A stretch of DNA of 32,000 nucleotides from Kineococcus radiotolerans SRS30216 = ATCC BAA-149 (GTDB lineage Bacteria; Actinomycetota; Actinomycetes; Actinomycetales; Kineococcaceae). Location of the stretch: the NCBI RefSeq assembly GCF_000017305.1, contig NC_009664.2:4380001-4412000 (forward strand). The letters are read 5' to 3'. The position numbers were made by a program, and so were the translations under genes. Positions 7,683 through 15,919 of this stretch are shown in pieces. How positions within the stretch are numbered: position 1 is the first letter of the stretch; the number at the start of each line of letters is the position of its first letter. The notes below the pieces were generated by a model that saw nothing but the letters and a program-made list of their open reading frames with translations, made no database searches and was not told the DNA's origin.

Positions 7683-7711
7683 ACCCCGCGGGCCGTGGGC
7701 CGCTGCGGGGT
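7683..7711 (-). other. GC-rich hairpin (ACCCCGC / GCGGGGT, 15-nt loop), followed on the minus strand by TTTCGTCATCTTC
   Basis: It lies directly downstream of the promoter candidate. It could be a 5'-UTR stem-loop, an attenuator, or the end of a very short transcript. Confidence 0.3.
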
Positions 7712-7721
7712 GATGTAGAAG

Positions 7722-7750
7722 ATTATCCCAAGATCGCGTTGGATTGTCAA
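7722..7750 (-). promoter_or_regulatory. sigma-70-like promoter candidate on the minus strand: TTGACA-17 nt-GATAAT
   Basis: The reverse complement of 7722..7750 is TTGACAatccaacgcgatcttggGATAAT, in a locally AT-rich patch about 160 nt upstream of the DUF1016 start. Confidence 0.4.
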
Positions 7751-7908
7751 GCAGCGCTACCCATGGGCGCGGAGCTCCGGCTGCTTCTCGGCGAGTCTGC
7801 GGGTGGTGCCGTGCAGAGGTGGTCGGGGTGCAGCGGGCAGGGTGCGGTGGTCGAGGTGCACCTGCGGCGCTCGGGCGTTGGGTGAGACCGGCCCAGCGGG
7901 GCTGCGCC

Positions 7909-7948
7909 GGGGTCCGTCGGGGTCCGTCGGGGTTCGTCGCGGTTCGTC
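7909..7948. repeat. 10-bp tandem repeat x4 (ggggtccgtc, ggggtccgtc, ggggttcgtc, gcggttcgtc)
   Basis: Read directly. It begins about 14 nt beyond the stop of the minus-strand gene 7962..8294. Confidence 0.8.
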
Positions 7949-7961
7949 GTAGCAAGGCGGG

Positions 7962-8294
7962 TCAGGCGGCTTGGGTCTCGGTGGCGTAGATGAGGTGGGC
8001 GGTCTGCAGGAGAGGGGCCAGGTCGAGGTCGCAGGTGTGGCAGAGGTGGTGCAGGTCGGTGAGCAGCTCGATCAGGGCTTGTTGCATGTCGTCGGTGGTG
8101 CTGCTGCTGACGTGGGTGTGCAGTTGCAGAGCTTGAGCGGCGTAGGCGGCGCGTTGGGCGTTGCTCTGGCGGGCTCGGGCGGCGCGGGTGGCGGGATCTT
8201 CGTCGTCGCGGGGAAGGGCGGTGATGCTGGTGACAGCGTCGGCGCCGGCACTGCTGCTGGCGCTCGCGGGCTGATGGGTGGGGGTCTCGGTCAT
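7962..8294 (-). CDS. small hypothetical protein (110 aa)
   Basis: The ATG at 8294 follows AAGGA (ctcaaggacccgccATG). The C-terminal part DDMQQALIELLTDLHHLCHTCDLDLAPLLQTAHLIYATE resembles small proteins I recall seeing in actinobacterial phages and ICEs. That is a recollection, not a search result. Confidence 0.6.
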   Translation of the reverse strand: MTETPTHQPASASSSAGADAVTSITALPRDDEDPATRAARARQSNAQRAAYAAQALQLHTHVSSSTTDDMQQALIELLTDLHHLCHTCDLDLAPLLQTAHLIYATETQAA

Positions 8295-8517
8295 GGCGGG
8301 TCCTTGAGTGGGTAGTTCGGGGCGGGGAGCCTTGGGATGGAGTGCGGTGAGGGGGCTACGGGAGGCGCGGGTGGCCCTGCTGCCTGTGAGCCGTGCCCGT
8401 GAGCCGTGTCTGCGGCCTCGGTGTCCTGCCGAACGTGGCGGGCCTGGTGAGGCGGCCGGTGGGACGGTCGGGGTGGTGCTGCTCGCTCGAGGGGAGTGCT
8501 CGAGCCGCGCTGGTCTG

Positions 8518-9057
8518 TCAGCTGGCGGGGGGCTGGGTGATGATGAGGCTGAGGTGGGGGCTGCTGTTGCCGCACCCGCTGGCGGCGTCATCGGCGGCAG
8601 GCGAGGTGGCTCCGCGGCTGGGGGTGGGCACCAGGTGAAGCCCTTGCTGCTGCTCGTGCTGCTGCTGGGCTGGGGGTCGGGCGAGGACGGCGAGGTGGCT
8701 GCTGCCTACGGGTGAGCCGGTCCCCGACGGGGAGACGGGCTCAGTGATGAGTCTGATGACCGGTGCCCCGGGCGGGGCGGTGGTGGAGGTGCTGCGCTGG
8801 GCGGCCTGCAGTTGAGCGGCCTGTAGCTGAAGGTCCTGCTGCGCGGCGTTGAGGTCGGTGGCAGAGCCAGCGGCGTAGCCGGCGAGGTACCCGAAGAGCA
8901 CGGCAGCCGGGACCGCGGCGAGCAGGAGCAGGGCGCGTTCGGTGGGCTTGGCCGGCGTGAGCAGGGGGATGAGGGTGAGGGTGGCGAGGGCGGTCAGGCC
9001 GACGGTGGTGGCGCGGCGCATGTTGACGCGGCTGCCGCGGTTGGTGGTGCGGGGCAC
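8518..9057 (-). CDS. hypothetical membrane protein (2 predicted TM helices plus a Q-rich coiled segment)
   Basis: The GTG at 9057 follows AGGAG by 7 nt. Hydrophobic stretches are VGLTALATLTLIPLL and ALLLLAAVPAAVLFGYLAGYAAG, followed by DLNAAQQDLQLQAAQLQAAQ. The C-terminal half is low-complexity. Confidence 0.55.
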   Translation of the reverse strand: MPRTTNRGSRVNMRRATTVGLTALATLTLIPLLTPAKPTERALLLLAAVPAAVLFGYLAGYAAGSATDLNAAQQDLQLQAAQLQAAQRSTSTTAPPGAPVIRLITEPVSPSGTGSPVGSSHLAVLARPPAQQQHEQQQGLHLVPTPSRGATSPAADDAASGCGNSSPHLSLIITQPPAS

Positions 9058-9551
9058 GTCGTCACTCCTGCCTGCTCAGACGTCTGCTCAAGTGCCTGTT
9101 ACAGCTGCCGGTTCACCGGGGTGTCCTTCAGTCCGGTGGATGCAACATCATCGGGCTGAGAGGTTGTTCCGTTTCACCCTGGGCTGAGCCTGCCACACCG
9201 GTGCGCTGATGGCACGGGGTCTGGAGCATGGCGAGAGTCGCAGGGATGCTTCCTGGGGCGCCAAGACCCTCTGCCACGTCGGTGGAAGCAGCGATGGCAC
9301 CTCGCTAGCGGGTGGGGTCATCGGCGCCGAGGACATCGCTCGCAACGTCCTGAGACGCGGACATGTCGATCACTTGATCGGTGACGTCACCGGTCTCGCG
9401 GTCACGTCGCTGGTCTCGCAGCCGGGGGTCCTCGTGATCACCAGCTGCCCCTGCCGTGAGCCCACCCTCCCGGGTCCTCGCCGGCCCCTCCGGCGCTCAC
9501 GGACGGAGAGGGCCGCTCCGTGGTCTGGCGCGGGGCTGGCGCGGACGGGGG

Positions 9552-9849
9552 TCAGTGGGCGTCGTGGTAGGCGCGTAGGAGGGTGGGGCTGATGCGGCCG
9601 GTGACGGGGACGGGGTGGCCGTGGGTGCGGGCCCAAGAGCGGATGCTGCGGTGGTCTGGGGCCAGTGTCGTGCGCCGGTAGTTGTCGCGGTGCCCGATGG
9701 TCTGTCCGCCGGTGCGGCGGGCGTGCTGGATGAACACGTCGAGACTGGCGCGCAGTTGGCGGGCGCGGTCGCTGGTGAGGTCGATCTCGTGAGCGTCGCC
9801 ACCGAGGGTGAAGACGATGCGTTCGGTGGCGGGGCTGGTGCCGCCAAAT
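9552..9849 (-). pseudogene. lsr2: Lsr2-family nucleoid-associated protein gene, 5'-truncated
   Basis: The open frame reads FGGTSPATERIVFTLGGDAHEIDLTSDRARQLRASLDVFIQHARRTGG...SIRSWARTHGHPVPVTGRISPTLLRAYHDAH, which parallels M. tuberculosis Lsr2 from about residue 13 onward. An in-frame TGA at 9850-9852 replaces the expected MAKKVxVxLxDD start. The usual RGR DNA-binding motif reads TGR here. Confidence 0.75.
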
Positions 9850-9860
9850 CATTTGTAGCG

Positions 9861-9906
9861 ACTATTCCGGTGCAGTGACTATCCCGGCCGGTATCGACTG
9901 ATTCCT
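9861..9906. repeat. three direct repeats (GACTATTCCGG, GACTATCCCGG, GACTGATTCC) in an AT-richer junction
   Basis: Read directly. They begin immediately beyond the truncation point of lsr2. Confidence 0.6.
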
Positions 9907-10518
9907 GATGACGGGCAGAGGAACGGGCGGCTTCAAAGCCGGCACTGGCGCAGTAGAGGGACTTCAACTACCTGCATATCCACCGGTTTCAGGGGGTGCG
10001 TTCATGCTGGCGGCGATGGTGGGGATGTCTCGACGGTGGGGCCGCCAAGCCCCGGCGGCGGAGTACTTTCTCCGGGGAACGTGGAGGGGGACGGTAGCTC
10101 TCGGCGGGAACACCGACTCGGTTTCTGCAGGCGGCGGGTTTCGACCGCAAGCGGGGGGGACCCGCTGCTAAGCAACCACTGACGAACTCGGCCGCCCCAG
10201 CGGCCCGCGGTGCCCTACTCGCGCGCCAGCACGGGGACACGGGGCGGTGCGCCAGGGGTTAGAGGCGGAGTCGAACATCAGGGGTCTCGAGGCGCTGGGT
10301 GGTTGCAGCTTCCGACACCGGTTGTCGTCTGCGGGGACGACGCTGATCGGCGAACACGGTCCCACGTGGGGAAGCGATCGTTGCGTGGCGCCAGGGGTGG
10401 GGGTGGGAAAGGTGGTGAGTGCCGACGGGGTGTGCGCGAGGGCTGGGGCGGTCCTCGCCTCGGGCGGGGGAGCCGGCGAGGCGACGACCGAGTCGAGGTG
10501 GGGTGCTCTACCGGCCTG

Positions 10519-10558
10519 GCTGGGTTGACCCTGCTGGGTTGACTCGGGCTGGGTCGAT
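10519..10558. repeat. iteron-like direct repeats GCTGGGTTGAC x2 plus GCTGGGTCGAT, with 14-15 bp period
   Basis: Read directly: ggcTGGGTTGACcctgcTGGGTTGACtcgggcTGGGTCGATgg. Confidence 0.75.
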
Positions 10559-10736
10559 GGGGACTGAAGCAGTACCCGGGCGCCCGTTCTGGTGATCGGT
10601 GCACGTGCCGCTGATGGGCTGTCCGCCCCCGCCGACGTGCGGGCAGCGAGGCGAGCGACATGTCGGCAGGTGCGGTGGTGATCCCTGGCCCGCGGGGCGC
10701 CCGGGTCGGTGGAGAGCTGCTGCGGCCCTGGAAGGG

Positions 10737-11570
10737 TCAGGGGAGGAGACTGCGCAGGAGGCCTTCGAGGTCCCGCTCGCCGTCGGGGGTCTGTGCCCCG
10801 CGCTGGAGGGCGCTGGTCATGAGCTGCTGCGCTGCGGGCGACCCGACGAGGGACGCCCACGCTTCGTCCTCGGTGATCAGACCCCGGCCGAATTCCGTCG
10901 GCGGCATGGCGTGCTTGGCGGCGGCAACCACGCCGTCGGGGAGTGTCGCGATCTGGTGCGCGACGCGGTCCACGTGGGCGTCGAGCTCGCCGGCGGGCAG
11001 GGCGCGGTTGATCCATCCGTATCCGGCGGCAGTGGAGGCGTCGTACAGGTCGCCGGTGAGGATGATCTCCAGAGCGCGGTTGCGGCCCACCTTCTCGGGC
11101 AGGTACTGAGTCGCCCCGCCGCCGGGGGTGATGCCCATGAGGGCCTCGACCTGCCCGAGCTGCGCGGTCTCGGTCGCGGCGAAGGTCATGTCCGCGGCGG
11201 CGACGAACTCGGCGCCACCGCCGCGCGCGGTGCCGGCCAGCTTGACGATGGTGACCTGTGGTTGATGACGGATCAGTTCCCCCGTGAGCTGGAAGACGTT
11301 GACCCCTTCCGCAGCGGTGGCCGCCAACTGCTGCAGGATGTCCATCCGCTCGGCGATCGTCATGTCGACGTGAGCGAGGAAGAAGTTCGGGTCGGCGCTC
11401 TCGAACACGATGACTTTGGCGGTGGGGTCCTCACGCAGGATGTTCAGCACCTCGTGGAGTTCGTGCATCATGACTGCGCTGAGCACGTTGACGGGGGGAT
11501 TGTCCAGCGTGATCGTCACCACGCCGTGGTCGCTGCTCACGCGCAGCGTCGAGTGATCACCGAGAGCCAT
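10737..11570 (-). CDS. enoyl-CoA hydratase/isomerase (crotonase) family protein
   Basis: The protein starts at MALGDHSTLRVSSDHGVVTITLDNPPVNVLS, and continues ..FESADPNFFLAHVDM..KLAGTARGGGAEFVAAADMTFA..GITPGGGATQYL. The ATG at 11570 has GGAG 8 nt upstream. The longer track ORF 10737..12368 is an artefactual extension. Confidence 0.9.
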   Translation of the reverse strand: MALGDHSTLRVSSDHGVVTITLDNPPVNVLSAVMMHELHEVLNILREDPTAKVIVFESADPNFFLAHVDMTIAERMDILQQLAATAAEGVNVFQLTGELIRHQPQVTIVKLAGTARGGGAEFVAAADMTFAATETAQLGQVEALMGITPGGGATQYLPEKVGRNRALEIILTGDLYDASTAAGYGWINRALPAGELDAHVDRVAHQIATLPDGVVAAAKHAMPPTEFGRGLITEDEAWASLVGSPAAQQLMTSALQRGAQTPDGERDLEGLLRSLLP

Positions 11571-11601
11571 CGGTTGTGCTCCATCATGTCGGGTGAGGCA
11601 A

Positions 11602-11624
11602 CTAGGTATTCGTTGCATACCTAG
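11602..11624. promoter_or_regulatory. operator candidate: CTAGGTAT-7 nt-ATACCTAG (perfect 8-bp arms)
   Basis: AT-richer palindrome in the divergent region between the crotonase and HxlR genes. Confidence 0.5.
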
Positions 11625-11693
11625 GGTGGGTGGTGGGGTTACGATGGTCAAGAACGCACTCTCAACACCCCTAGGATCCTCGAGGACACCACC

Positions 11694-12221
11694 GTGGCTC
11701 TCTCCAAGACCGATCCAGAGGCAACCGCCGACCCAGGAGCGACCGGCGACCCTGCTGGAGGAACGCGACCTCGGGCTCCTCGCTCGCGAGAAGGACAACC
11801 ACTGCTGGATCCTGACGAGTCGGCGTCTCGGCGAGCACCGGACCCGTTCGCGGTCAATCCGCAGCGGTACTTCCGGGCCGACTGCGCGAGCCGGCCGATC
11901 CTGGATCAGATCGCGGACAAGTGGTCGATGATGGTGATGGCCGTCTTGGAGGAACCGACGCGCTTCAACGAGCTCAAGCGCCGGTTGGACGGGGTGACGC
12001 AGCGGGTGCTGACGCAGACGCTGCGCCGGTTGGAGCGCAACGGCATGATCGAACGCATCGTCCTTCCCACCTCCCCGGTGGGCGTTCAGTACGCCCTGAC
12101 CCCGATGGGGGAATCGTTGCGGGAACCGTTCGGGCACCTGTACACCTGGGCGATCGAGCACAGCGCGCAGATCCGCTCGCACCAAGAGCGCTACGACGCG
12201 GAAACAGCTGGCGGCTCGTGA
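11694..12221 (+). CDS. HxlR family (winged-helix) transcriptional regulator
   Basis: DCASRPILDQIADKWSMMVMAVLEEPTRFNELKRRLDGVTQRVLTQTLRRLERNGMIERIVLPTSPVGVQYALTPMGESL. The ~60-aa low-complexity N-terminal extension makes the start uncertain. Confidence 0.85.
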   Translation: MALSKTDPEATADPGATGDPAGGTRPRAPRSREGQPLLDPDESASRRAPDPFAVNPQRYFRADCASRPILDQIADKWSMMVMAVLEEPTRFNELKRRLDGVTQRVLTQTLRRLERNGMIERIVLPTSPVGVQYALTPMGESLREPFGHLYTWAIEHSAQIRSHQERYDAETAGGS

Positions 12222-12455
12222 GCCGCTGATGCAGTGACTGCCGCACCCTCCGGGCGGGGGCGGAGACCAGTCGTGTTCGACGCCGGCACTGCGCGCGTTC
12301 GGGCGGTCTCCACGAGCAGGGAGAAGGACCTTCGCCAGCGCCCCCGCGACGGCAGCGTCAACCGACACCGTCGAGCAGCACCGTCAGCCGTATGTGGTGT
12401 CGGCGTGGACGCCGGCGCCCGCGTCCTGCTTTCCTGCAGCACGCAGCCCCCGTCA

Positions 12456-12755
12456 CCCCTGAGGGGTGCTGCTCTCGAGCTGCTCGCGGATGACGAGCAG
12501 CATCATCGTCACCGCGTCAGTGACCTCTCCGATCCGGTCCCGGGGCCAGGTGACCGCCGGCAGCCGGGGCACTGGTGCCCTCCCGGGTGTCGTGAGCAGG
12601 TGGGGCAGGGGCTCGTCCACCAAACCCGTGACACCATCTCGGTGCCAGCGCCGCCACCACTCGCGCACCGTCTTCGGTGGGCAGCTGTCCTCTTGCGCCG
12701 TCTGGTGCATCTCGCACCCGTCCTTGACGGCCGGTACCAGCGGCGTCCGCAGGGC
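12456..12755 (-). mobile_element. transposase-type HTH fragment (IS481/IS3-like N-terminal domain only), remnant
   Basis: The tail of track ORF 12453..13955 reads LRTPLVPAVKDGCEMHQTAQEDSCPPKTVREWWRRWHRDGVTGLVDEPLPHLLTTPG...IGEVTDAVTMMLLVIREQL. This follows the pattern (A)RLTP..R..LV..G...AA...GVS..TV.KW..R....G..GL.DRS.RPH.SP. No DDE catalytic domain follows it. Confidence 0.4.
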
Positions 12756-12853
12756 GTGTCGCTGTTGTCCACATGGTCCATCAGCCACCGCCGGCGGCGC
12801 CTCGCGCCGGTCGTCGGTGGCCCGCGGCGGTGGTGGGTGGACGTTTCGCACGC

Positions 12854-14149
12854 TCACCGCCGCGGCGCCCCATGCTGCAGGGTGCGTAGTGTCCGGTAGC
12901 TGACGACCAGCGTCAGGGGGAGGAGGGCCGTCAAAGCCGAGAGCCAGAGGAATCCTTCCTGCCAGCCCCACTCCTGGACGGCGTGGCCGACGATGGAGGC
13001 GGATGCTGCGATCCCGGCCGCGCTCGCGGAATTGATCCAGGTCATCGCCTGGGTGTAGACCGAGACCTGAGTCGCCCTCTGCAGCAGTTCCGAAGCCGGG
13101 ATCAGCACCAGTGCGACGCACCCCCCGACGATCGGGTACCCGAGGAACATCAGCGGAACGCCCGGCACCAGCGCCAGCAGAGCGCAGCCGATCGTGATGA
13201 CGATGGCGGCGCTCAGCATCGTCTCTGCCGGGCGCCGCCGTTGCGCGCCACCGTGGGCCAGACCGGCCAGTAGGCTCACGATGCTGCTTCCGGTGGCGAT
13301 GGGCCCCGCCAGCGCGCCGGCATCGTGTGCGAGTGCGAAGGCGGTGATGCCGATGCCGATGCCGCCGAAGAAGAAGCCCGTGGCGAGGTGGGCGACGAAC
13401 AACGTGAGGAAGCCTCGGTTGAGCAACCGGGGATCGCAGAGCACGCTGCGGGCCGTGCTCTGCGACGGAGCCGGCTCGGAGCTCCTCGCCGTCAACAGAC
13501 CGATCGTCCCGGCCGCCACGCACGACAGGGCGACGACGAGCCCAGCCGACGGGGCGACGGTCGCGCTGAGCGTGGTGACGAGGAGGGGGCCGATGAGGAA
13601 CGTCAGGTCGTTCAGCGATCCCTCCAGGGCGAACGCGGCGGGGAGGAGGCCGGTCGGCTCCGCCGTCCGCCTCCACCGTGCTGCCGCCAGCGCTCCCACG
13701 GGCGGCGCCGTCGCTCCGGTCAGCCCCGCCAGGGCGAGCACGATCCAGGTGGCTGGCGACGACGACGTGCACGCCACGATCAGCGCCGAGCCGGCTGCGA
13801 GGAAGACGAGTGCGCTCACCGCGACGACCGGACGCTGTCCCCACCGGTCGATCAGGCGGGCGATGTGAGGACCCGCTGCGGCGTCGGCGAGGGCGAAGGC
13901 ACCTGTCGCGGCCCCCGCCTGGGCGAGGGAGCCGGAGGTGCCCTGCACCGTCCACAACACAGCCACGCCGGTCACGGCCACGCCGAGCCGCGCGACCGCC
14001 GCGGGGAGGAAGAACCTCAGCGCGCCGGGGAGCGCGAGAACGTGCGCATAGCGCCCTGCCGCAGCGGAAAGGGGGAATGAACGACCCGTAGCCACGCGAA
14101 GCTCCAACGGCTCATCATCGCGAGCTGCCAGACAGGTCGGACTGGACAT
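12854..14149 (-). CDS. MFS transporter
   Basis: 431-aa ORF with about 12 hydrophobic segments and typical MFS loops (DRWGQRPVV). The overlapping ORF 12453..13955 is an out-of-frame artefact across this span. The exact start is uncertain. Confidence 0.88.
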   Translation of the reverse strand: MSSPTCLAARDDEPLELRVATGRSFPLSAAAGRYAHVLALPGALRFFLPAAVARLGVAVTGVAVLWTVQGTSGSLAQAGAATGAFALADAAAGPHIARLIDRWGQRPVVAVSALVFLAAGSALIVACTSSSPATWIVLALAGLTGATAPPVGALAAARWRRTAEPTGLLPAAFALEGSLNDLTFLIGPLLVTTLSATVAPSAGLVVALSCVAAGTIGLLTARSSEPAPSQSTARSVLCDPRLLNRGFLTLFVAHLATGFFFGGIGIGITAFALAHDAGALAGPIATGSSIVSLLAGLAHGGAQRRRPAETMLSAAIVITIGCALLALVPGVPLMFLGYPIVGGCVALVLIPASELLQRATQVSVYTQAMTWINSASAAGIAASASIVGHAVQEWGWQEGFLWLSALTALLPLTLVVSYRTLRTLQHGAPRR

Positions 14150-14176
14150 CAGCTCGCACGCACAGCCGCGCGGAGG

Positions 14177-14186
14177 CCGACGTTAG
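14177..14186. promoter_or_regulatory. CCGACGTTAG box upstream of the MFS gene
   Basis: The identical 10-mer recurs at 15179-15188, next to the TetR-proximal palindrome. Confidence 0.35.
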
Positions 14187-14491
14187 TGCGTGGGACGGGT
14201 GTGGAGCAACAGGCGTCGACGGAGTCGGCTGGAGGCTGCTGTGCACTGACCGGTCGCGCCTGGCCGAGTGCTGGATAGATCCACGCTGGTGACCTCCGAG
14301 TCCCTGGCCCGTGGTCACCACCTGCATCCCGTCCAGGGAGGATCACTGCTGGCGGCGGGCGGGAAGGGGTACGGACTCCTGCCCCAGACCACTCGACGGG
14401 CTGGCCCCTGGGGTTGCTCGACACCACCGTCCCACCTCCTCGGACCGCATCGCCTGCACCTGCCGGGAGCCGGTGGGCGGCCCTGGTGGAC

Positions 14492-15079
14492 CTACGTCGT
14501 GCAGCGCCACCCCCGCAGCAGGAGGTCCAGGGCCTGCACCCCGAGTCGGCGTGCTCGATCTTCTCCGAAAGTGCCGAGGCGTCCGAGTGTGGCGACGCCG
14601 TAGAGCGTGCCCCAGATGATGTCGCAGGCTTCGTCGATCTCGAGCTCGACCCGGTGCCTCTGGGCCCATTCGTCCACCAGGTTCCACATCACGCCGATGA
14701 CTGACTGGGCAGCGGCGCGGCGCTCGTCGGCACTCAGGGCGGTGCCGTTCATCGCCTCGAAGAGGTGCTCGTTCTCGCTGGCGAAGTGCAGGTACTCCGC
14801 GGCCATGCCGGCCAGGCGCGCATCGATGTCTGGTGCGTGCTGCACGGCGTCCAAGCGCCCCACGAGCTCGTCGTAGCCTTGCCGAACGACTTCAGCGATG
14901 AGGGCGTCCTTGTTGGCGAAGTGCTGGTAGATGACCGGCGCGGTGTAGTCCATGTCGCTGGCGACCCGCCGCATCGTCAGGGCGGCGGTCCCCTCCGCCA
15001 TGAGGATCTTCATCGCCGCCGCGATGATCCGCTCACGGACGTCCGCCCGTTCCCGAGCCCGCCGCTCACTACTGGGCAT
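14492..15079 (-). CDS. TetR/AcrR family transcriptional regulator
   Basis: RERIIAAAMKILMAEGTAALTMRRVASDMDYTAPVIYQHFANKDALIAEVV. ATG start at 15079. Confidence 0.9.
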   Translation of the reverse strand: MPSSERRARERADVRERIIAAAMKILMAEGTAALTMRRVASDMDYTAPVIYQHFANKDALIAEVVRQGYDELVGRLDAVQHAPDIDARLAGMAAEYLHFASENEHLFEAMNGTALSADERRAAAQSVIGVMWNLVDEWAQRHRVELEIDEACDIIWGTLYGVATLGRLGTFGEDRARRLGVQALDLLLRGWRCTT

Positions 15080-15157
15080 GGTCCTCCGTTGCTCCGCTTC
15101 GGTGAGTCCTCCAGACGGTAGCTGCAGCCTTGACAGCCCTCCCTCCCCCCTGCGACG

Positions 15158-15188
15158 CTAACAACGTTAGAGATCCTACCGACGTTAG
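15158..15188. promoter_or_regulatory. operator candidates: palindrome CTAAC-AAC-GTTAG plus the CCGACGTTAG box
   Basis: They lie 79-109 nt upstream of the TetR start, in an AT-richer patch that also contains a TTGACA at 15130-15135. Confidence 0.45.
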
Positions 15189-15919
15189 GAGGAGATCGTG
15201 GTCCTCTTCGACCGCGTGTGAGGCCGGGATTCACGACGACCTCGAGCAGGTCGGGCCGCGCAGGCGGGCTGGCGCACCATCGACGAGACGATCCCACCGG
15301 CCGGGTCCTGCGTCGTGGGTCACGACCACGGGGGTGGCGGCACCCGCAGCTACCTCCTTGTCCTGGGGGACCTCGTGGGCCTGTTCGAGCACCTGACCCA
15401 CCCGCCCAGCTGCGCCATCGGCCCAGCGCTGGTCGAACGCATGAACGTCATCGACCCGACGTCATCAACTGGACGTCACCGACATCGATGACGCCCTGAG
15501 TTCGGTGCGGCGATCAGGGATCAGGGCCGGCGCTGCAAGGGGGGCGACCTGGTCCTTGCGCGTTGTGCCGAGGAGGTGTCGACGTTCCACGGTGCAGGTC
15601 TGGAGGACCGCCGCCTGGTTCACCGAGCCCGCTTCAGCACCAGCAGAGCGTGGACCGAGCCGTCCAGGACGCCGAGCCGCACAGGCTCACGGGCGCCGAG
15701 TGCGCTCGAGCTGGCCACCAGACGCACCACGAACGGATCACGAGGCAGATCACGTCACCACCGCAGAGCGTCCAAGCGCCCGACAGCGCCGGCGGCGTGG
15801 TGGCCGAGGTCGAGGTGTTGCCCTCTCCGCGGGCCCGCGGCATCTGCACCACCACCACGACCGGCAACCAGTTCGGCGGGGCGCGCCCCACCGAACGACG
15901 ACGAGGAGAAGTGAACGGT

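Noticed and set aside
9990-10300. tmRNA- or tRNA-like fragments (GGGGATGTCTCGAC, GGTTTCGAC, GGAGTCGAAC, and GCTGCTAA, which resembles the end of a tag ORF)
   Set aside because: I could not build a T-arm from these pieces because the stems flanking the TTCGA-like loops do not pair. There is no acceptor/CCA-compatible 3' end and no tag reading frame of the usual actinobacterial type. They look like chance resemblances in GC-rich DNA. An Infernal scan would settle it.
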